A stretch of DNA of 64,000 nt from Octopus vulgaris (GCA_951406725.2 OX597827.1:8246001-8310000), one strand, 5' to 3'; numbered from the stretch's first letter, positions 1-14,025 are shown. Numbers and translations: made by a program. Notes: a model not told the origin generated them from the sequence alone.

Positions 1-629
1 ATATTATTATGGTTATTCAGTGTACAGAAAAGAGGTTCCGTGATTGCTATAAGATTTGCTCTTTCAAGCTTGGTGCAAGATTGTCTCCATTATATTTTGT
101 CTGAATTTTGCATGACATTTTTTTTCCTAAATGTGAATTTACTATTGGTCATGCCTTATGCCTGATATTCTGCTAGCAGAGTTACTGTAAGTCATGCATC
201 AAGCAGCTTCTGTTGTATAGCTTTGGCTATTACCAGATCTTCTCTGTTACTTCTTTAGTGAGTACTAGATTTAATTATCTGTAAAACTATCTTATGGCTT
301 GTTTTATTCTGATATTTTTACTACTTAAGCTATTTTGTATATATTAAGGAATCACTCTATGATGCAGAACTTCGGAGATGCTTTATCAATCAATGTAATT
401 TAAAATGCATTGTGAAAATGCCTAACACAGGCAGTACACAATGAAAAGAACATCAAACCAGCAGTTTGAAACAGCAATGGGCTATACATGAAACATTCAA
501 TTTAATGGAATATAGAAGATTATTTACATATATTGAAAAATACAATAGAGTTGAATTAGTTGGAGAAACTTGATAGAAAACTATTAAAACCTTATCAGCA
601 TCAGGATCTCACTCCCCTTCTCTCTTCTT

Positions 630-657
630 CTCCTCTCTCTTTCTCTCTCTATCTATC

Positions 658-698
<41 letters not shown>

Positions 699-940
699 TT
701 TTCTATCTATCTATCCATCTATCCATCCATCTATCTATCCATCTATCTATCCATCCATCCATCCATCCATCCATCCATTCATCCATCCATCTATCTATCT
801 ATCTATCTATCCATCCATCCATCCATCCATCCATCCATCCATCCATCTATCTATCTATCTCTATATATATGTATATATGTACATGTGTATATATGTGTTT
901 ATATATATATGTATATATACGTGTGTGTGTGTGTGCATAC

Positions 941-972
<32 letters not shown>

Positions 973-1055
973 ATGTATATGTACATGCATATATATTTTT
1001 TCGTATATACTTATATTTACATATATAAACATATGAATACATGCACACATACACT
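630..1055. repeat. Compound microsatellite (CT)n/(ATCT)n/(ATCC)n/(TA)n/(TG)n
   Basis: Simple repeats read directly; they explain ORFs 560..1036, 847..1074 and 877..1104. Confidence 0.95.
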
Positions 1056-1329
1056 CATAACGATCCTGGGTCAAGGTGAAAAGCTCCCAATGAAATTAAT
1101 ATAGAATAAATCATACAGTTTAACGATTATAGAATGCCGCCAATCCATTATTCTAAACGTATCAAAATTACTCAAAGACATTCAATATGATTCAGTTCAT
1201 TATCATCAGACCTGACTGACTTGTGCATCTGCTCCACTCAAATTAATGTGGATTAGGTGTACAAAACAACCAAATCTCATGAAAACGATATCAACTACAA
1301 TGAGTGCCTTGCAATTATTTTGAAACTAT

Positions 1330-1760
1330 TACTCTTTACTCTTTTACTCTTTTACTTGTTTCAGTCATTTTGACTGTGGCCATGCTGGAGCACCGCCTTT
1401 AGTCGAGCAACTCGACCCCGGGACTTATTCTTTTGTAAGCCCAGTGCTTATTCTATCTATCGGTCTCTTTTGCCGAAACACTAAGTGACGGGGGGCATAA
1501 ACACACCAGCATCGGTTGTCAAGCAATGCTAGGGGGACAAACACAGACACACAAACACACACACGCATATATACATATATATATATATACATATATACGA
1601 CAGGCTTCTTTCAGTTTCCGTCTACCAAATCCACTCACAAGGCATTGGTCGGCCCGGGGCTATAGCAGAAGACACTTGCCCAAGGTACCACGCAGTGGGA
1701 CTGAACCCGGAACCATGTGGTTGGTTAGCAAGCTACTTACCAAACAGCTACTCCTGTGCC
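1330..1760 (-). mobile_element. tRNA-derived SINE, family A, full length
   Basis: Reverse complement of the element at 5680: A-box/B-box-like head (TGGCTGTGTGG...GGTTCAGTCC), CTTGGGCAAGT motif, internal (TA/TG)n, (GTAAAAGA)n tail. Confidence 0.9.
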
Positions 1761-2005
1761 TATTAGTAACATTGACTGATTAAGTTCTATATCTACATAT
1801 GTGTGTTTGTGAGTTTGTGTGCACGTGTGTGTAAAACAAAAACCCACTTTCTGAAGCTGATTAGGATTGGACAAGTCTACCATACAATATATCCCCAAAT
1901 ATCTTCATCATTTGTCATCATATCTACTTATCTGTGGAGCCAAGCTTCTTGGTATCTGACCTCACCACTTCTTCACACATCCTATTCTTTTATGGAAAAC
2001 CTTAA

Positions 2006-2226
2006 CCCTTTCATTACCGTATTTATTTTGAGATGCTCTGGTTTTATTCAATTAATTTTAAATATAACAAAAAATTTAATAAAATAACTTAGTTATCACT
2101 AAGCTAGTGTTGGGAACATAAATTGTGACTAAGGTTTGGTGGAAGATTTTAATTCAAAACTTATGAAAACAAGACATTTGTATTACAGAGCCAGAGGCGG
2201 TTTTGGCCGGGTTGGTATCAAAAGGG
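2006..2226. mobile_element. piggyBac-type MITE
   Basis: TTAA followed by CCCTTTCATTACC at the left end, GGTATCAAAAGGG at the right end; second copy at 17995-18216. Confidence 0.7.
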
Positions 2227-2971
2227 TCCAGCATTAAAATAAAAAAAATCCTTAAGCAATATCATTATCTACTGGCATCACAAATGTGTCTCCTATATAT
2301 ATTAGCTGATTCTTTTAGTTTCCAGCCATTTTCTTGAGTAACTTGGGCTCTGCTATTTATCCAGGTTAAAATTATATATCTATCAAACCATACTTGTCTC
2401 ATTTTCACCTATTTCTGTCTGCATTTTGCTACCATGCAACACCAATGTGATTTATGGTTGATTTACCTGTTAGGAATAGTAACGAGTAATAGCAAGTAAG
2501 TTTGAATCAAAAGACTAATATTTTGAAAAAAGCTGTACACAATTTATATCTATGCCCCATATATACTACCACTGGAATATATAAAAAACAAAAAACAAAA
2601 TAAACATGATTGAAATACCTTTGATCATAGGATTGCTCAATCAGGGCTGACCTATACTACGTACTATTTGAAATATACACTTTCTGTATGTAGTATAAGT
2701 TTTATACAAAGGTAGAAATCTCACATTAACAAGAGAGACAACATTTTCACTGAAATTGTATCACTAATTCCCTATGCTATTGATCATTCTTTTGTTATAA
2801 CTACCTCAGCACTAATTAGATATGTATGCATGTATGTATACCTGAAAGCAAGCAAGCAAGTATGCATACACACATGTATACATGCTTTTACAAATGTATA
2901 CATATGATCATAATATCATTTTCAGGTATCACTTTTGAAACATTTTCCATATTTTTTAAAATATAGCAGTA

Positions 2972-5222
2972 TACATCGTCTGATCAATAAGTATCCAGAC
3001 TGTTGTCATAATAACGAAGCTAAAGTACACAGAGTAAAGCAGCTTGGCACAGATTGACCTTGATCTCTGCTGTGCAGGCGCTCTAAGTTTTAACATTGTA
3101 CCTCACTTCTGCTGTTTACAGCAGTGCTTGGAAGGAAGGTGTGTAGCATGTGATCATTGCATTGACCTTGAATCAACATCAAATTTTGCCAAAAGCTTGG
3201 TGATAACTGCTCAGAGGCCAATGCATAGTTGCAGTAAGTGTATGGCAAGGACGGTATGAGCTGAAAAACGTTCTGGGAAACCCACAACCAACAGAACTGA
3301 GAAAAACATCACAGATGTGCATACTGCAGCTGAGCGAAAATTGTTGAATCACCATCTGTAATCTGTAAGTTATCAGATGTGCAGATTAGTTATAGTTCAA
3401 TTCAGTCCATTATCACTGCAGATTTGGGTATGAAACACATGTCTGCCAAGTTTGTGCCAAAACTACTTTAAGCTGACAACACCCCTGTCCGTTCAGCCAT
3501 TCAGCACAGCTTCTGCAGCAGTTTTTGGTTAGATACATCAGTCCCAGGTCCAACAGCCACCATATTCCCCAGATCTCAAACCCCTTGTGACTTTTTCCTC
3601 TTTCCAAAAATCGAATCCTACATTGACAGGAAGAAGATTTAAGGACAGCAAGGTAATCAAAGTGAAAGCAACGAGGCAGCTGCTAATTATCCCAGTAATG
3701 CTTCAATCAATGGAAACAATACTGAATTAAGTGTGTAATTTTTGAAGAGGACTACTTTGAAGAAGATAAAATGCCAAATTGATATATATAGTAGTTTTGT
3801 TTTTACAGCACCAATCTGGATACTTTTCTACTCTAGGCAAAAGGCCTGAAATTTTTGGGGAGGAGGGGGCCAGTCGATTAGAACGACCCCAGTTTACAAA
3901 GGGTACTTAATTTATCAACCCCAAAATGATGAAAGGCAAAGTTGACCTCGGCAGAATTTGAACTCAGAACGTAAAGACAGATGAAATACCTATTTCTTTA
4001 CTACCCACAAGGGGCTAAACACAGAGAGGACAAACAAGGACAGACAAACGGATTAAGTCGTTTTTTTTTATATCGATCCCAGTGCGTAACTGGTACTTAT
4101 TTAATCAACCCCGAAAGGATGAAAGGCAAAGTCGACCTCGGCAGAATTTGAACTCAGAACGTAAAGACAGATGAAATACCTATTTCTTTACTACCCACAA
4201 GGGGCTAAACACATAAAGGGGACAAACAAGGACAGACAGACGGATTAAGTCGTTTTTTTTTTCTATCGAACCCAGTGCGTAACTGGTACTTATTTAATCA
4301 ACCCCGAAAGGATGAAAGGCAAAGTCGACCTCGGCAGAATTTGAACTCAGAACATAAAGACAGACAAAATACCTATTTCTTTACTACCCACGAGGGGCTA
4401 AACACAGAGAGGACAAACAAGGACAGACAAACGGATTAAGTCGTTTTTTTTTTCTATCGATCCCAGAGCATAACTGGTACTTATTTAATCAACCCCGAAA
4501 GGATGAAAGGCAAAGTCGACCTCGGCAGAATTTGAACTCAGAACGTAAAGACAGATGAAATACCTATTTCTTTACTACCCACAAGGGGCTAAACACAGAG
4601 AGGACAAACAAGGACAGACAGACGGATTAAGTCGTTTTTTTTTTTATATCGATCCCAGTGCGTAACTGGTACTTATTTAATCAACCCCGAAAGGATGAAA
4701 GGCTAAGTCGACCTCGGCAGAATTTGAACTCAGAACGTAAAGACAGATGAAATACCTATTTCTTTACTACCCACAAGGGGCTAAACACAGAGAGGACAAA
4801 CAAGGACAGACAGACGGATTAAGTCGTTTTTTTTTTATATCGATCCCAGTGCGTAACTGGTACTTATTTAATCAACCCCGAAAGGATGAAAGGCTAAGTC
4901 GACCTTGGCAGAATTTGAACTCAGAACGTAAAGACAGATGAAATACCTATTTCTTTACTACCCACAAGGGGCTAAACACAGAGAGGACAAACAAGGACAG
5001 ACAGACGGATTAAGTCGTTTTTTTTTTTATATTGAACCCAGTGCGTAACTGGTACTTATTTAATCAACCCCGAAAGGATGAAAGGCAAAGTCGACCTCGG
5101 CAGAATTTGAACTCAGGTCGTAAAGACAGACGAAATAACACTAAGCATTTTACCTGGTGTGCTAACGTTTCTGCCAGCTCACCACCTTTACAAGCCCGGA
5201 TATCTATTGATCAGACCTCGTA
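2972..5222 (+). mobile_element. Internally deleted mariner relic with a SINE array inserted in its 3' TIR
   Basis: TA-flanked TIRs (TACATCGTCTGATCAATAAGTATCCAGA / CCGGATATCTATTGATCAGACCTCGTA). Decayed transposase pieces: NIKFCQKLGD (~3175), SIQSIITADLGMKHMSAKFVPKLL (~3395-3470), PPYSPDL then frameshift to PCDFFLFPK (~3557-3610), KCVIFEEDYFEEDK (~3730-3770). Confidence 0.88.
3824..5188 (-). repeat. Tandem array of SINE family B: one head, seven body units of ~191 bp
   Basis: CCTATTTCTTTACTACCC recurs at 3989, 4179, 4372, 4563, 4755 and 4946; a seventh unit with a different tail lies at 3824-3988; the tRNA-like head is present only at ~5135-5188. Confidence 0.95.
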
Positions 5223-5679
5223 TGGACAAGCAATACATGTTTCATAGCTGAAGTCACTTGTCACACGTGTTTGAGTATGTCATTTAATCTGGGTCCCTTC
5301 CGATTGAACAGGCCATGATGTCCCAGTTTTAATTCAGATAAAATCTTGTTGGCCTCTGTTTGGTATTGGTTGAGCACGATAGTCATGAAAAATTTTCAAG
5401 CTATCAGTATTCTGTTTTAGCCTAAGTGTATTGCACTTAGAAGTACATTATTCAAAGTGTAATTTTTAATATGGCAGAGTATGGTATTTTCCTGCAAGTC
5501 CAGTGAATATGGAAAATGCATAAAAATGGCACCAACATTTCAGTGATGAATGGTTAATTAAAATATGGAATATGATTAATTAATATATGGAAAAGAAATA
5601 TTATCGCTGTTGAAAAATTCCTCATCCAAAGTTGTACCATAACCTACTTAAGAAGCGAAATATAAATAATAAGCAAATA

Positions 5680-6095
5680 GGCGCAGGAGTGGCTGTGTGG
5701 TAAGTAGCTTGCTAACCAACCACATGGTTCCGGGTTCAGTCCCACTGCGTGGCATCTTGGGCAAGTGTCTTCTGCTATTGCCCCGGGCCGACCAATGCCT
5801 TGTGAGTGAATTTGGTAGACGGAAACTGAAAGAAGCCTGTCGTATATATGTATATATATATATATATGTGTGTGTGTGTATATGTTCGTGTGTCTGTGTT
5901 TGTCACCCTAGCATTGCTTGACAACCGATGCTGGTGTGTTTACGTCCCCGTCACTTAGCGGTTCGGCAAAAGAGACCGATAGAATAAGTACTCGGCTTAC
6001 AAAAGAATAAGTCCCGGGGTCGATTTGCTCGACTAAAGGCGGTGCTCCAGCATGGCTGCAGTCAACTGACTGAAACAAGTAAAAGAGTAAAAGAG
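5680..6095 (+). mobile_element. tRNA-derived SINE, family A, full length
   Basis: GGCGCAGGAGTGGCTGTGTGG...GGGTTCAGTCCC head, internal microsatellite, GGCGGTGCTCCAGCATGG...GAAACAAGTAAAAGAG tail; many near-identical copies in the window. Confidence 0.92.
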
Positions 6096-6689
6096 TATAT
6101 CAAAAATATATATCTATCATCTGTAAATTGTATAATAAATTTCTGCAGTTTCCGTCTATGAAATTTTCTTCTCAGAGTATTGGATGACACTAGACTATGA
6201 TAAAAGAGGCTGTGCCCAAGATTCTATGCTATAGGATTGAACTAAAAACCATGTAGTTGTGAAGCAAAACTTGTAAACTACACAATCATTCCAGTTCCTG
6301 TATATCTGCCTTTGAGAAATTTCTACAGACTCTTCAAGAGATTCACTCATCAATTGAAATATGAAGAAATAAAGTAAGACAGACCTCTCAAAGTTAGTCT
6401 AATCTAATTATACTTGTTGTCATTTTGAAAAGCACCCAATTAAGTTGGTTTCATTGAAAATAAAATTTTATTTTGAATTTCAAGAAATAAATAAAAATTT
6501 TTAAACTTGCTGTGCTTGAATTAATAAAAAAGTTAGCAGAACCAATTGCACTCAGCCAACAATAATAAATTGCTGTAATGATTTTGATAACAACAATAGT
6601 GACGACAATGACGACGACGATGACAACAACAAGAACAACACTGTCACCACTATCACCACCAACAATAACAACATTGATAATAAGGAGAA

Positions 6690-6835
6690 TATTATTATTA
6701 TTATTATTATTATTGTTGTTGTTGTTGTTGTAGTTGTTATTGTTATTATTATTATTATTATTATTATTGTTGTTGTTGTTGTTTTTGTTATTGTTATTAT
6801 TATTATTATTATTGTTGTTGTTGTTGTTTTTGTTA

Positions 6836-6870
<35 letters not shown>

Positions 6871-6889
6871 GTTGTTGTTGTTTTTGTTA

Positions 6890-6920
<31 letters not shown>

Positions 6921-6949
6921 CATTATTATTGTTGTTGTTGTTTTTGTTA

Positions 6950-6990
<41 letters not shown>

Positions 6991-6997
6991 GTTGTTA

Positions 6998-7055
<58 letters not shown>

Positions 7056-7075
7056 TATTATTATTATTAATAATA

Positions 7076-7111
<36 letters not shown>

Positions 7112-7112
7112 G
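6690..7112. repeat. (TTA)n/(TTG)n compound microsatellite that switches to (TAA)n at ~7068
   Basis: Read directly; source of the poly-L/poly-I ORFs. Confidence 0.95.
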
Positions 7113-8552
7113 TGCTGTTTTAATTGATTGTTATTAGTTATTCTGGAAATAATAGGAATGCATGTGTGAAAAGAAAAGAAAGAGAATACTTTGCTGAAAA
7201 TCAAGGAAAAGAAGGATTTATTAAGGCCTGAATATATGACTACAAACATAGATAACAAAACTCATCTAGATGACATCTGCGCAATTATATGTAGATGTAT
7301 TTCATAAATGATTAAAGCTGAATTGAAACATCTATTATGAGATGGTCAATTAGGATTTTTCAAAGTAGCTAGTTTATTGCTATTGTGTTGCTACAGATAT
7401 GTATGTGTATGCCTGCATATGTAATGGACTTTCACATTATACATTCATTAAGACATCATAAATCATATCAGATATCATTTACTGAATAAGGAATCATGAA
7501 GCTTCTATTCTCTTCTATATTTGTATCCATCTTAAATCTTTGAATATTTGTAGTTAGGGTGAAAGAGTCATTAGGAATTTGATTTCATTGGTTGTTGTTG
7601 TTGTTGTTGTTGTTGTTATACCGAGGAAAAAGGAAGAGGAGATGGAGGAAGAAATGTGTTAGAGTAGCAAACTGGAAATGGTAATAAAGAGGAGTTGGTG
7701 GAAGTATCATTGCACATTAACTGAAGAGAAACTAATATGAAATTAGAAAAGACAATCTATGTAAGAACGACAAGAATATAGGAAATAGATGCAATTTTCT
7801 TATGGCTTAAACATTACCTTAATGCTTATCAATAAATTTAAAATGCAATTTGGAAAGTTTCTAAAGTGTGGGTCTTAGGATAATAGAATTAAAATATTAT
7901 ATATTAAGCGTGTAAAGCATTTAACAAAAAGAAAATTAGAAATCATTTTAGTCTAGCTGGCGAATATTCTGATAAATTTATTGAAGTATCTGTGAGAAAC
8001 TATTTCATTGTTCACTGAAGGAAAATTCCCCATATTACACAAAATGTATTTCATAAATAATGATATACTTCTGAAATATGTGTATCAGACTAAAAGGGCC
8101 TGTAAACTCGGGAGTTTTGCTCTCACGATATTAATGCTTTAAAATCTAAAAGGAATCTCAAAAGGTTAGATCATTTGAGCTTTGTGAGTATAACAGATAT
8201 GGCTAGGTTTGCTTGAAAGGATGTAATTATGGTTTACTATCAGTATGGGCTGCATATTGTCTGAATTTCTATGCAATGTAATGTTGAAATGATTCAGAAG
8301 CAATGGTGATGAGTTAGCTATTGTTGTTCAACATGTGGAAAATGGTTTCAGATTTACATGTTAAATATGTTAAATAAGAGGGAGGAAAATATACACACAA
8401 ACATGTATTTATGATTAAAACAAATACAATGGATAATGTTTAATGAACAATGGTCCTTCATGAAAACAAAGAGATATACCATGCTTTTGGTAAAATTATC
8501 ATGCTATATGACTGTAAACTAAGATTGACAGAGAGTGAATATAATTGAATAT

Positions 8553-8952
8553 ACTCTTTTACTCTTTTACTTGTTTCAGTCATTTGACTGCGGCCATGCT
8601 GGAGCACAGCCTTTAATCGAGCAACTCGACCCCGGGACTTATTCTTTGTAAGCCCAGTACTTATTCTATCGGTCTCTTTAGCCGAACCGCTAAGTGATGG
8701 GGATGTAAACACACCAGCATCAGTTGTCGAGCGATGTTGGTGAGACAAACACAGACACACAAACACATACATACATGCATACATATTTACGACAGGCTTC
8801 TTTCAGTTTCCGTCTACCAAATCCACTCACAAGGCTTTGGTCGGCCCAAGGCTATAGTAGAAGACACTTGCCCAAGGTGTCATGCAGTGGGACTGAACCC
8901 GGAACCATGTGGTTGGTAAGCAAGCTACTTACCACGCAGCCACTCCTGCGCC
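8553..8952 (-). mobile_element. SINE family A, full length
   Basis: Reverse complement of 5680-6095. Confidence 0.92.
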
Positions 8953-11405
8953 TATAGATAGCTAATCATTTACACATGAAAGATAAATTAAGTTCAATCA
9001 AGATTACTTCATACATTTATACAGAGGACAGACAGCCTGTTATTTTATGCAGGTATTGGGTCTTAGATTCTAGTTTTACAATGGTTTTCGTATTGCATTA
9101 TAATTTTGCCAATAATTTCTTACCCCTCTTTGAATCCTTTAATCCATGTGGTTAACAACTAAAGCAAAGTTCCATTTTGGTCAGATTCAAAGTCCATCAA
9201 AGACCATCAAGTAGAGTAATATTTGAAGTAAATGTAAACTGAATTGTTAATATTTAATTTATTTCTTAATGCTGTTTAAATCAGAACCGTATACCTGATA
9301 GAATCAAGCCTTTAGTCTATTATTTAGGACTTATTGTTGATGGTAATGTATTTGTCCTCTTATATACTAATGTGTTTTTTAATATAGATTATTGAAATTG
9401 TAGTTCTCTTCTATTCCTATTTATGTATGTTTAGAAAAACAATAACTTCTTTTTAAAACATTAATGAATCAGAAAATAGTTAGCAAAAGACTTTGTGTGG
9501 TACGTATGCATACCCCATAAAATATTTACTCCACAACTGTAATAACCTTTTCTGAAATCTATTATGTTTCTTTCCTCTCTGAATTAATTTTATATACAAA
9601 CAATAAATTATTCCATTTCCTTAGATTTATAAAAATTCCTAACAACAATAAATATTTTTACTGTGTATTTTCTTCTTGAAAATCTAAAATATTTAAAAAC
9701 AGCTGCTTTGGGATTATATGTACGAATAAGTAAATAATGGTTTTATGTTGGTTTTTTTTTTTTCTTTCTGATCAGTAATGTCTACATCCATTTACTTTAT
9801 TCTTTATTACATTTAAATTCTTGCTTTTAGTTTTGTTAAAGTCTTTACAACAGGGACATATGTTAATTGCATCCATTATCTTAGAATAATGCTTTATTAA
9901 TGTCTTTCAGTAGGTTATAGATTTTTCAAGCTAAAGCCATTTTATTTCTTTTCATTTACCAGTAAACATTACAGGCTTTTGAGTTTTAGTCAAGGAAGTA
10001 ATGCATTCTATATTGTACATTATATAAAGTTGTAACTATTGAAAAAAAAAAAAAAAAACTAGTCAATAATAATCATAAGTTTTATGTTTCCAGGAAATTA
10101 AAAATTATTTTTACAAATGCTATGCCAGTTTCAGATTCTGTATTTTAGTTACAATCAAAATCACATGTTGCCAACGTAAAATGTTGCAGTATTAAGATAA
10201 CTTTGCCCGACAGATTACAAACTTCTGGACACAGTTGAATGAGAACAGTTGCAGGGAAAATTTAACTCTAGGAGGAATTGAAATTCTTTAAGAGTTGAAA
10301 TTCTTTAAGAGGAAGTCAATTGGAAACGTTCCTTGCTGTGTGGAGAGCAACATATCAAAGAATAGAACTCATTTCCCTTACATGTCATAAAAGATGATTT
10401 AAAGAGATTGAGGTAGGATTTGCTCTCTGGCCTCATTAAACCCTTGCCAGCAATTACTACCCAAACTGATACATGGGTTGGAAGGCTGTCACCTAAGTGG
10501 GGCAAAGGTGTCATCCAGCAGGCATTGAGAATCACTAACAACAGTGACATGCTGTTACAGCACATGGCCCATACTACTACCACCACCATCACCACCATCA
10601 CTACTACCACTACTACTACTACTAACATAAATTTTAAGCCATACTTACAGGATGAGATCATTGGCTGTTGCAAATTACTTAGCTATAGGTTCAAAATTTT
10701 TAATTCAGTTTTATTTCATTAGAATATTTATTCATATGGTCATTTAATTAAACTGAATCTGCTGCAATATTACACATCTTAGAATGTCCTTTACAATATC
10801 ATCATCAGTTATATTTATTAAAACTAAGCAGGATTCATAATGTTTCTGTCAAATCATTTTGATGACATCATCAAATTCAACTCTGTGGCAAGTAACCTTA
10901 GAAATCAGGTTCCAGTCAAATAAACTATGTTGAGATCTGACAAAATTCACTGTAATTCTTTTTACCAACAACACCAAAGAATACCAAACATTAGTGACTA
11001 TCATATTCAAGAATATAAGATATGGTATTATACAAAGTATCAAAATGCTAAGAATTACCTACAACACTTCTACAACATTCACAGCACATAAACAAGACGT
11101 AGTAAAAATAAATTAAAGCTTAAGCACTCAAATATCACACATTTTGTTAACACAAAAGAAACACTAACACTAATATACAAAGAATAAGAATATATTGAGT
11201 ATTAAGTCAATTGGTGAGTGTGCCAGTCGTGCCTGGAGCCTATACATTCTACAGAAAAAAACCCAGCAAAAACCAAGAAACCACGTGGTTTGCATTATCA
11301 GGAACCCATGTAAAAAGAAAGTCTCTTGCTGTTGCTGCTGTGAGCTCCAAGCCACACAGTCACTCTTATGACATGTTCAACCACCTCTAAATAACCTGAC
11401 ACATC

Positions 11406-11620
11406 TATGAGGGCGTGCTGAAAAGTTCCAAGCTTTAAGGATATTGTGAAAGGTCTGGTTGGAGGTCCAACCATTTGAGTTCTTTTATGGGGCTTAGAAA
11501 AACTGAAAGACTTTTACAACAAGTGTGTAAATCTGAGAGGGGGAATATGCTGAATAAAATTACTATCAACTCCTGCATTTTTTTTAACCCAAAGTCAAGA
11601 ATTTTCAGCACCCCTTCTTA
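11406..11620. mobile_element. Mariner-type MITE
   Basis: TA-flanked imperfect TIRs TATGAGGGCGTGCTGAAAAGTTC / GAATTTTCAGCACCCCTTCTTA. Confidence 0.7.
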
Positions 11621-12368
11621 CAGCATTTTGCAACACTGTGATAACCATCATTCTAAGAACACTATTCTCCCTTTTAAGAGCAGACAAAGAACATACATAT
11701 AAAAAATAACAACATTAATATCATAGGTTGTCGATATAAGTAGTGTTGTTATGCACATTAGTGGTGACAATTGCTGATGAACATTTTGTCAACCATTGTC
11801 TTGGCCACTACCAGATTATATTGGTTAGCAACATAGCTAACCAATGGAGGATCCTCGAAGAGGTTGCTCAAATGTGGAAACGTGGGAAAAATAGTAATGT
11901 GTTACACTAATAGTATTTAGTCATGACAGTGTACATTTGAATTCATAGACCACTAAAGTCCTTTTATCTATTTGGTAATGATAAAATAAGGAACAGTAAA
12001 GTAGTTGACTTGATTAAATTAACTAGGCACTCCTACAAAAGATATTACCATGTACTTAAATCAGGAAACATGGCTTAGTCATGTCTCACATTGTGTTCTG
12101 ATTTCAAATTGTAATCTTGTTCGTAATGGCTAAAATAAAGAACTAGTAAGTTACTACAGTTAAATCAAGTGACTATTCTTTAGCCCTACAAATATATGAA
12201 ACATGTAATAACAAAAGAGATTAATATTAAGCTTATATCTAAGGTGTCTAGGATTGGACTGAAATAAGTAGAATTTTCAGTTGAGTAGGGAAAATGAATT
12301 GTTAGGGTAAGCTTGATATGGCCTCATTGTTGATGAGATGAAATGAGTTCCCTAAATTACAACATATA

Positions 12369-12768
12369 GGCGCAGGAGTGGCTGTGTGGTAAGTATCTTG
12401 CTAACCAACCACATGGTTCTGGGTTCAGTCCCACTGCGTGGCATCTTGGGCAAGTGTCTTCTGCTATAGCCCCGGGCCGACCAAAGCCTTGTGAGTGGAT
12501 TTGGTAGACGGAAACTGAAAGAAGCCTGTCGTATATATGTATATATATGTATATGTGTGCGTGTGTGTTAGTATGTCTGTGTTTGTCCCCCTAGCATTGC
12601 TTGACAACCAATGCTGGTGTATTTACGTCCCCGTCACTTAGCGGTTCGGCAAAAGAGACCGATAGAATAAGTACTGGGCTTACAAAAGAATAAGTCCCGG
12701 GGTCGATTTGCTTGACTAAAAGGCATGGCCGCAGTCAAATGACTGAAACAAGTAAAAGAGTAAAAGAG
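12369..12768 (+). mobile_element. SINE family A with a small deletion in the tail
   Basis: Matches 5680-6095 but lacks the GGTGCTCCA segment near 12723. Confidence 0.92.
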
Positions 12769-12784
12769 TATATCACCAATCAAC

Positions 12785-13225
12785 ACAATCCTTTGTCTTC
12801 TCCTCTGTGAGACTCAACATCTTGAGATTGATTTTCACAACTTCATCCCATGTTTTCTTGAGTTTCCTTCCGTCACAGGTTCCATCCATATATAACCTAC
12901 CTACCTACCTACCTATCTATCTATCTATCTATGCAGATGTCTTCATCCATTTCCCTCAACACATATTTCTCTCTTACATGCTACATCTGATGCTTCTTAT
13001 GCTCAATGTTTCTCTCAACACATTTGAAATTTGTAACACAAGCACATCCAGCAGAGCATGGTAGCTCCAGCTATTTCTAGTCTTTGCATGTACTCTGCAT
13101 TCACACCCCAAGTTTCACAACCATGTAGCGTTGCAATTCATCCCCATGTGTCATATGATCTGCCTTTCACTCCGAGAGAGAAGCTTTCTATAACTAACAG
13201 AAGTAACAGCTCATTGAACTTTAGT
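12785..13225 (-). mobile_element. RTE-clade LINE 3' ORF relic
   Basis: Minus-strand pieces FSLGVKGRSYD...LHGCETWG and DGTCDGRKLKKTWDEVVKINLKML resemble the RTE C-terminal motifs (LHGSETW; GRPRKTW); stops and deletions present. Confidence 0.7.
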
Positions 13226-13454
13226 CAGTCAGTTCGTCTTACACACACACACACACAAACACATGGATATAAATATATATAATAAAATTTGCTGAGTATG
13301 ATAAATGCATATACATACATATATAATTTGTCACACTGAGCAAATTTTATAATATATATATGTAGTACTCTCCTAGATTTCATTGAGTCCATTTCCATAT
13401 CTATAGTTTTGTTATTCCAATAATAACCATGAACAGAGCTACATATATGATCAT

Positions 13455-13562
13455 GCCAATACATACATATATATACACACACACACACACATATTTGTGC
13501 ATATAGATTTTCTATATACATAAGTATGCATGAATATGTATGTATATCTATCTATATATATT

Positions 13563-13610
<48 letters not shown>

Positions 13611-13668
13611 CACGTATGTATGCATGTAAGTATGTATGAATATATATATATATGTAAGTATGCATGTA

Positions 13669-13726
<58 letters not shown>

Positions 13727-13788
13727 TATATATACACGTATGTATGTAAGTATGTATGAATATATATATATGTAAGTATGCATGTATG

Positions 13789-13826
<38 letters not shown>

Positions 13827-13921
13827 ATGTAAGTATGTATGAATATATATATATGTATGCATGTATGAATATATATATATATATGTATATATATATGTAT
13901 ATATATGTTTATATATATATT

Positions 13922-13975
<54 letters not shown>

Positions 13976-14025
13976 TGTATGTATGTATGTATGTATGTAT
14001 GTATGTATGTATGTATATACATATA
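13455..14025. repeat. Compound (TA)n/(TATG)n micro/minisatellite
   Basis: Repeated CACGTATGTATG-TAAGTATG...AATATATA units. Confidence 0.92.

Noticed and set aside
3989-5135. Regularly spaced repeats as a CRISPR array
   Set aside because: Whole ~191-bp units repeat with no unique spacers, they match dispersed SINE B copies, and there are no cas genes in this eukaryotic DNA
5808-5838. Antisense resemblance of the SINE A segment TCAGTTTCCGTCTACCAAAT to the CORE-SINE domain
   Set aside because: Short match in the opposite orientation to the CTTGGGCAAG motif; could be chance and cannot be tested without an alignment
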